47,476 bases of DNA from Thermoanaerobaculia bacterium (GTDB lineage: Bacteria > Acidobacteriota > Thermoanaerobaculia > Multivoradales > UBA5704): assembly GCA_045807605.1 (NCBI GenBank), contig JBJMGZ010000658.1, positions 1 to 47,476 on the forward strand. Reading direction: 5' to 3'. The translations under genes and the position numbers were made by a program. Shown here in pieces: positions 47,420-47,476 of this stretch. How positions within the stretch are numbered: position 1 is the stretch's first letter; each line of letters starts with the position of its first letter. The notes beneath the pieces are model-generated. The model saw only the letters and a list, made by a program, of their open reading frames with translations, had not been told where the DNA came from and did not search any database.

Positions 47420-47476
47420 CTCGGGTTCTCCCTGGAGGACCGGGAGCCCTCCTTGCGGCCGAGCCCGAGCGCGCGG

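Overview
The window is very GC-rich (about 70% G+C by eye) and almost gap-free. Every credible gene lies on the minus strand.

Positions 6078-47419 form one tightly coupled hybrid PKS-NRPS biosynthetic operon. In transcription order it encodes:
- an FkbM-type methyltransferase
- an aspartate kinase
- a KS-AT-KR-DH-carrier polyketide synthase
- five NRPS proteins (C-A-T; C-A-T-C-A-T-C-A-T; A-T-C; C-A-T-C-A-T; C-A-T-C-A-T-TE)
- a duplicated FtsX/MacB-type 'ADOP' permease, wedged between NRPS-3 and NRPS-4
- an EntS-like MFS exporter

Specificity codes read by hand from the nine A domains give Ser, Thr, two DIWExTxDDK domains (probably a diamino acid such as Dab), Gly, Ser, Asp, Thr and Asn. The predicted product is an N-acylated nonapeptide released by a terminal thioesterase.

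After the only real intergenic gap (5948-6077), a second coupled operon encodes two signal-peptide-bearing PQQ-like beta-propeller proteins, a LuxE/PaaK-like adenylating enzyme and a LuxC/ALDH-like reductase cut by the window edge.

I saw no rRNA, tRNA, CRISPR array, transposase or integrase.

The most interesting points:
1. The Gly module is circularly permuted (A-T-C). Its C-terminal tail copies the basic leader helix that sits at the N-terminus of the other NRPS proteins.
2. An acidobacterial 'orphan' permease sits inside the assembly line.
3. The PKS has a PUFA/enediyne-like KR-before-DH order, a His at the KR catalytic Tyr position, and a PCP-like carrier.
4. A dedicated aspartokinase accompanies the two Dab-like A domains.

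The ADOP permease suggests an Acidobacteriota origin, which is inference only. All plus-strand ORFs in the track, some up to 9 kb, are judged to be codon-aligned antisense shadows.
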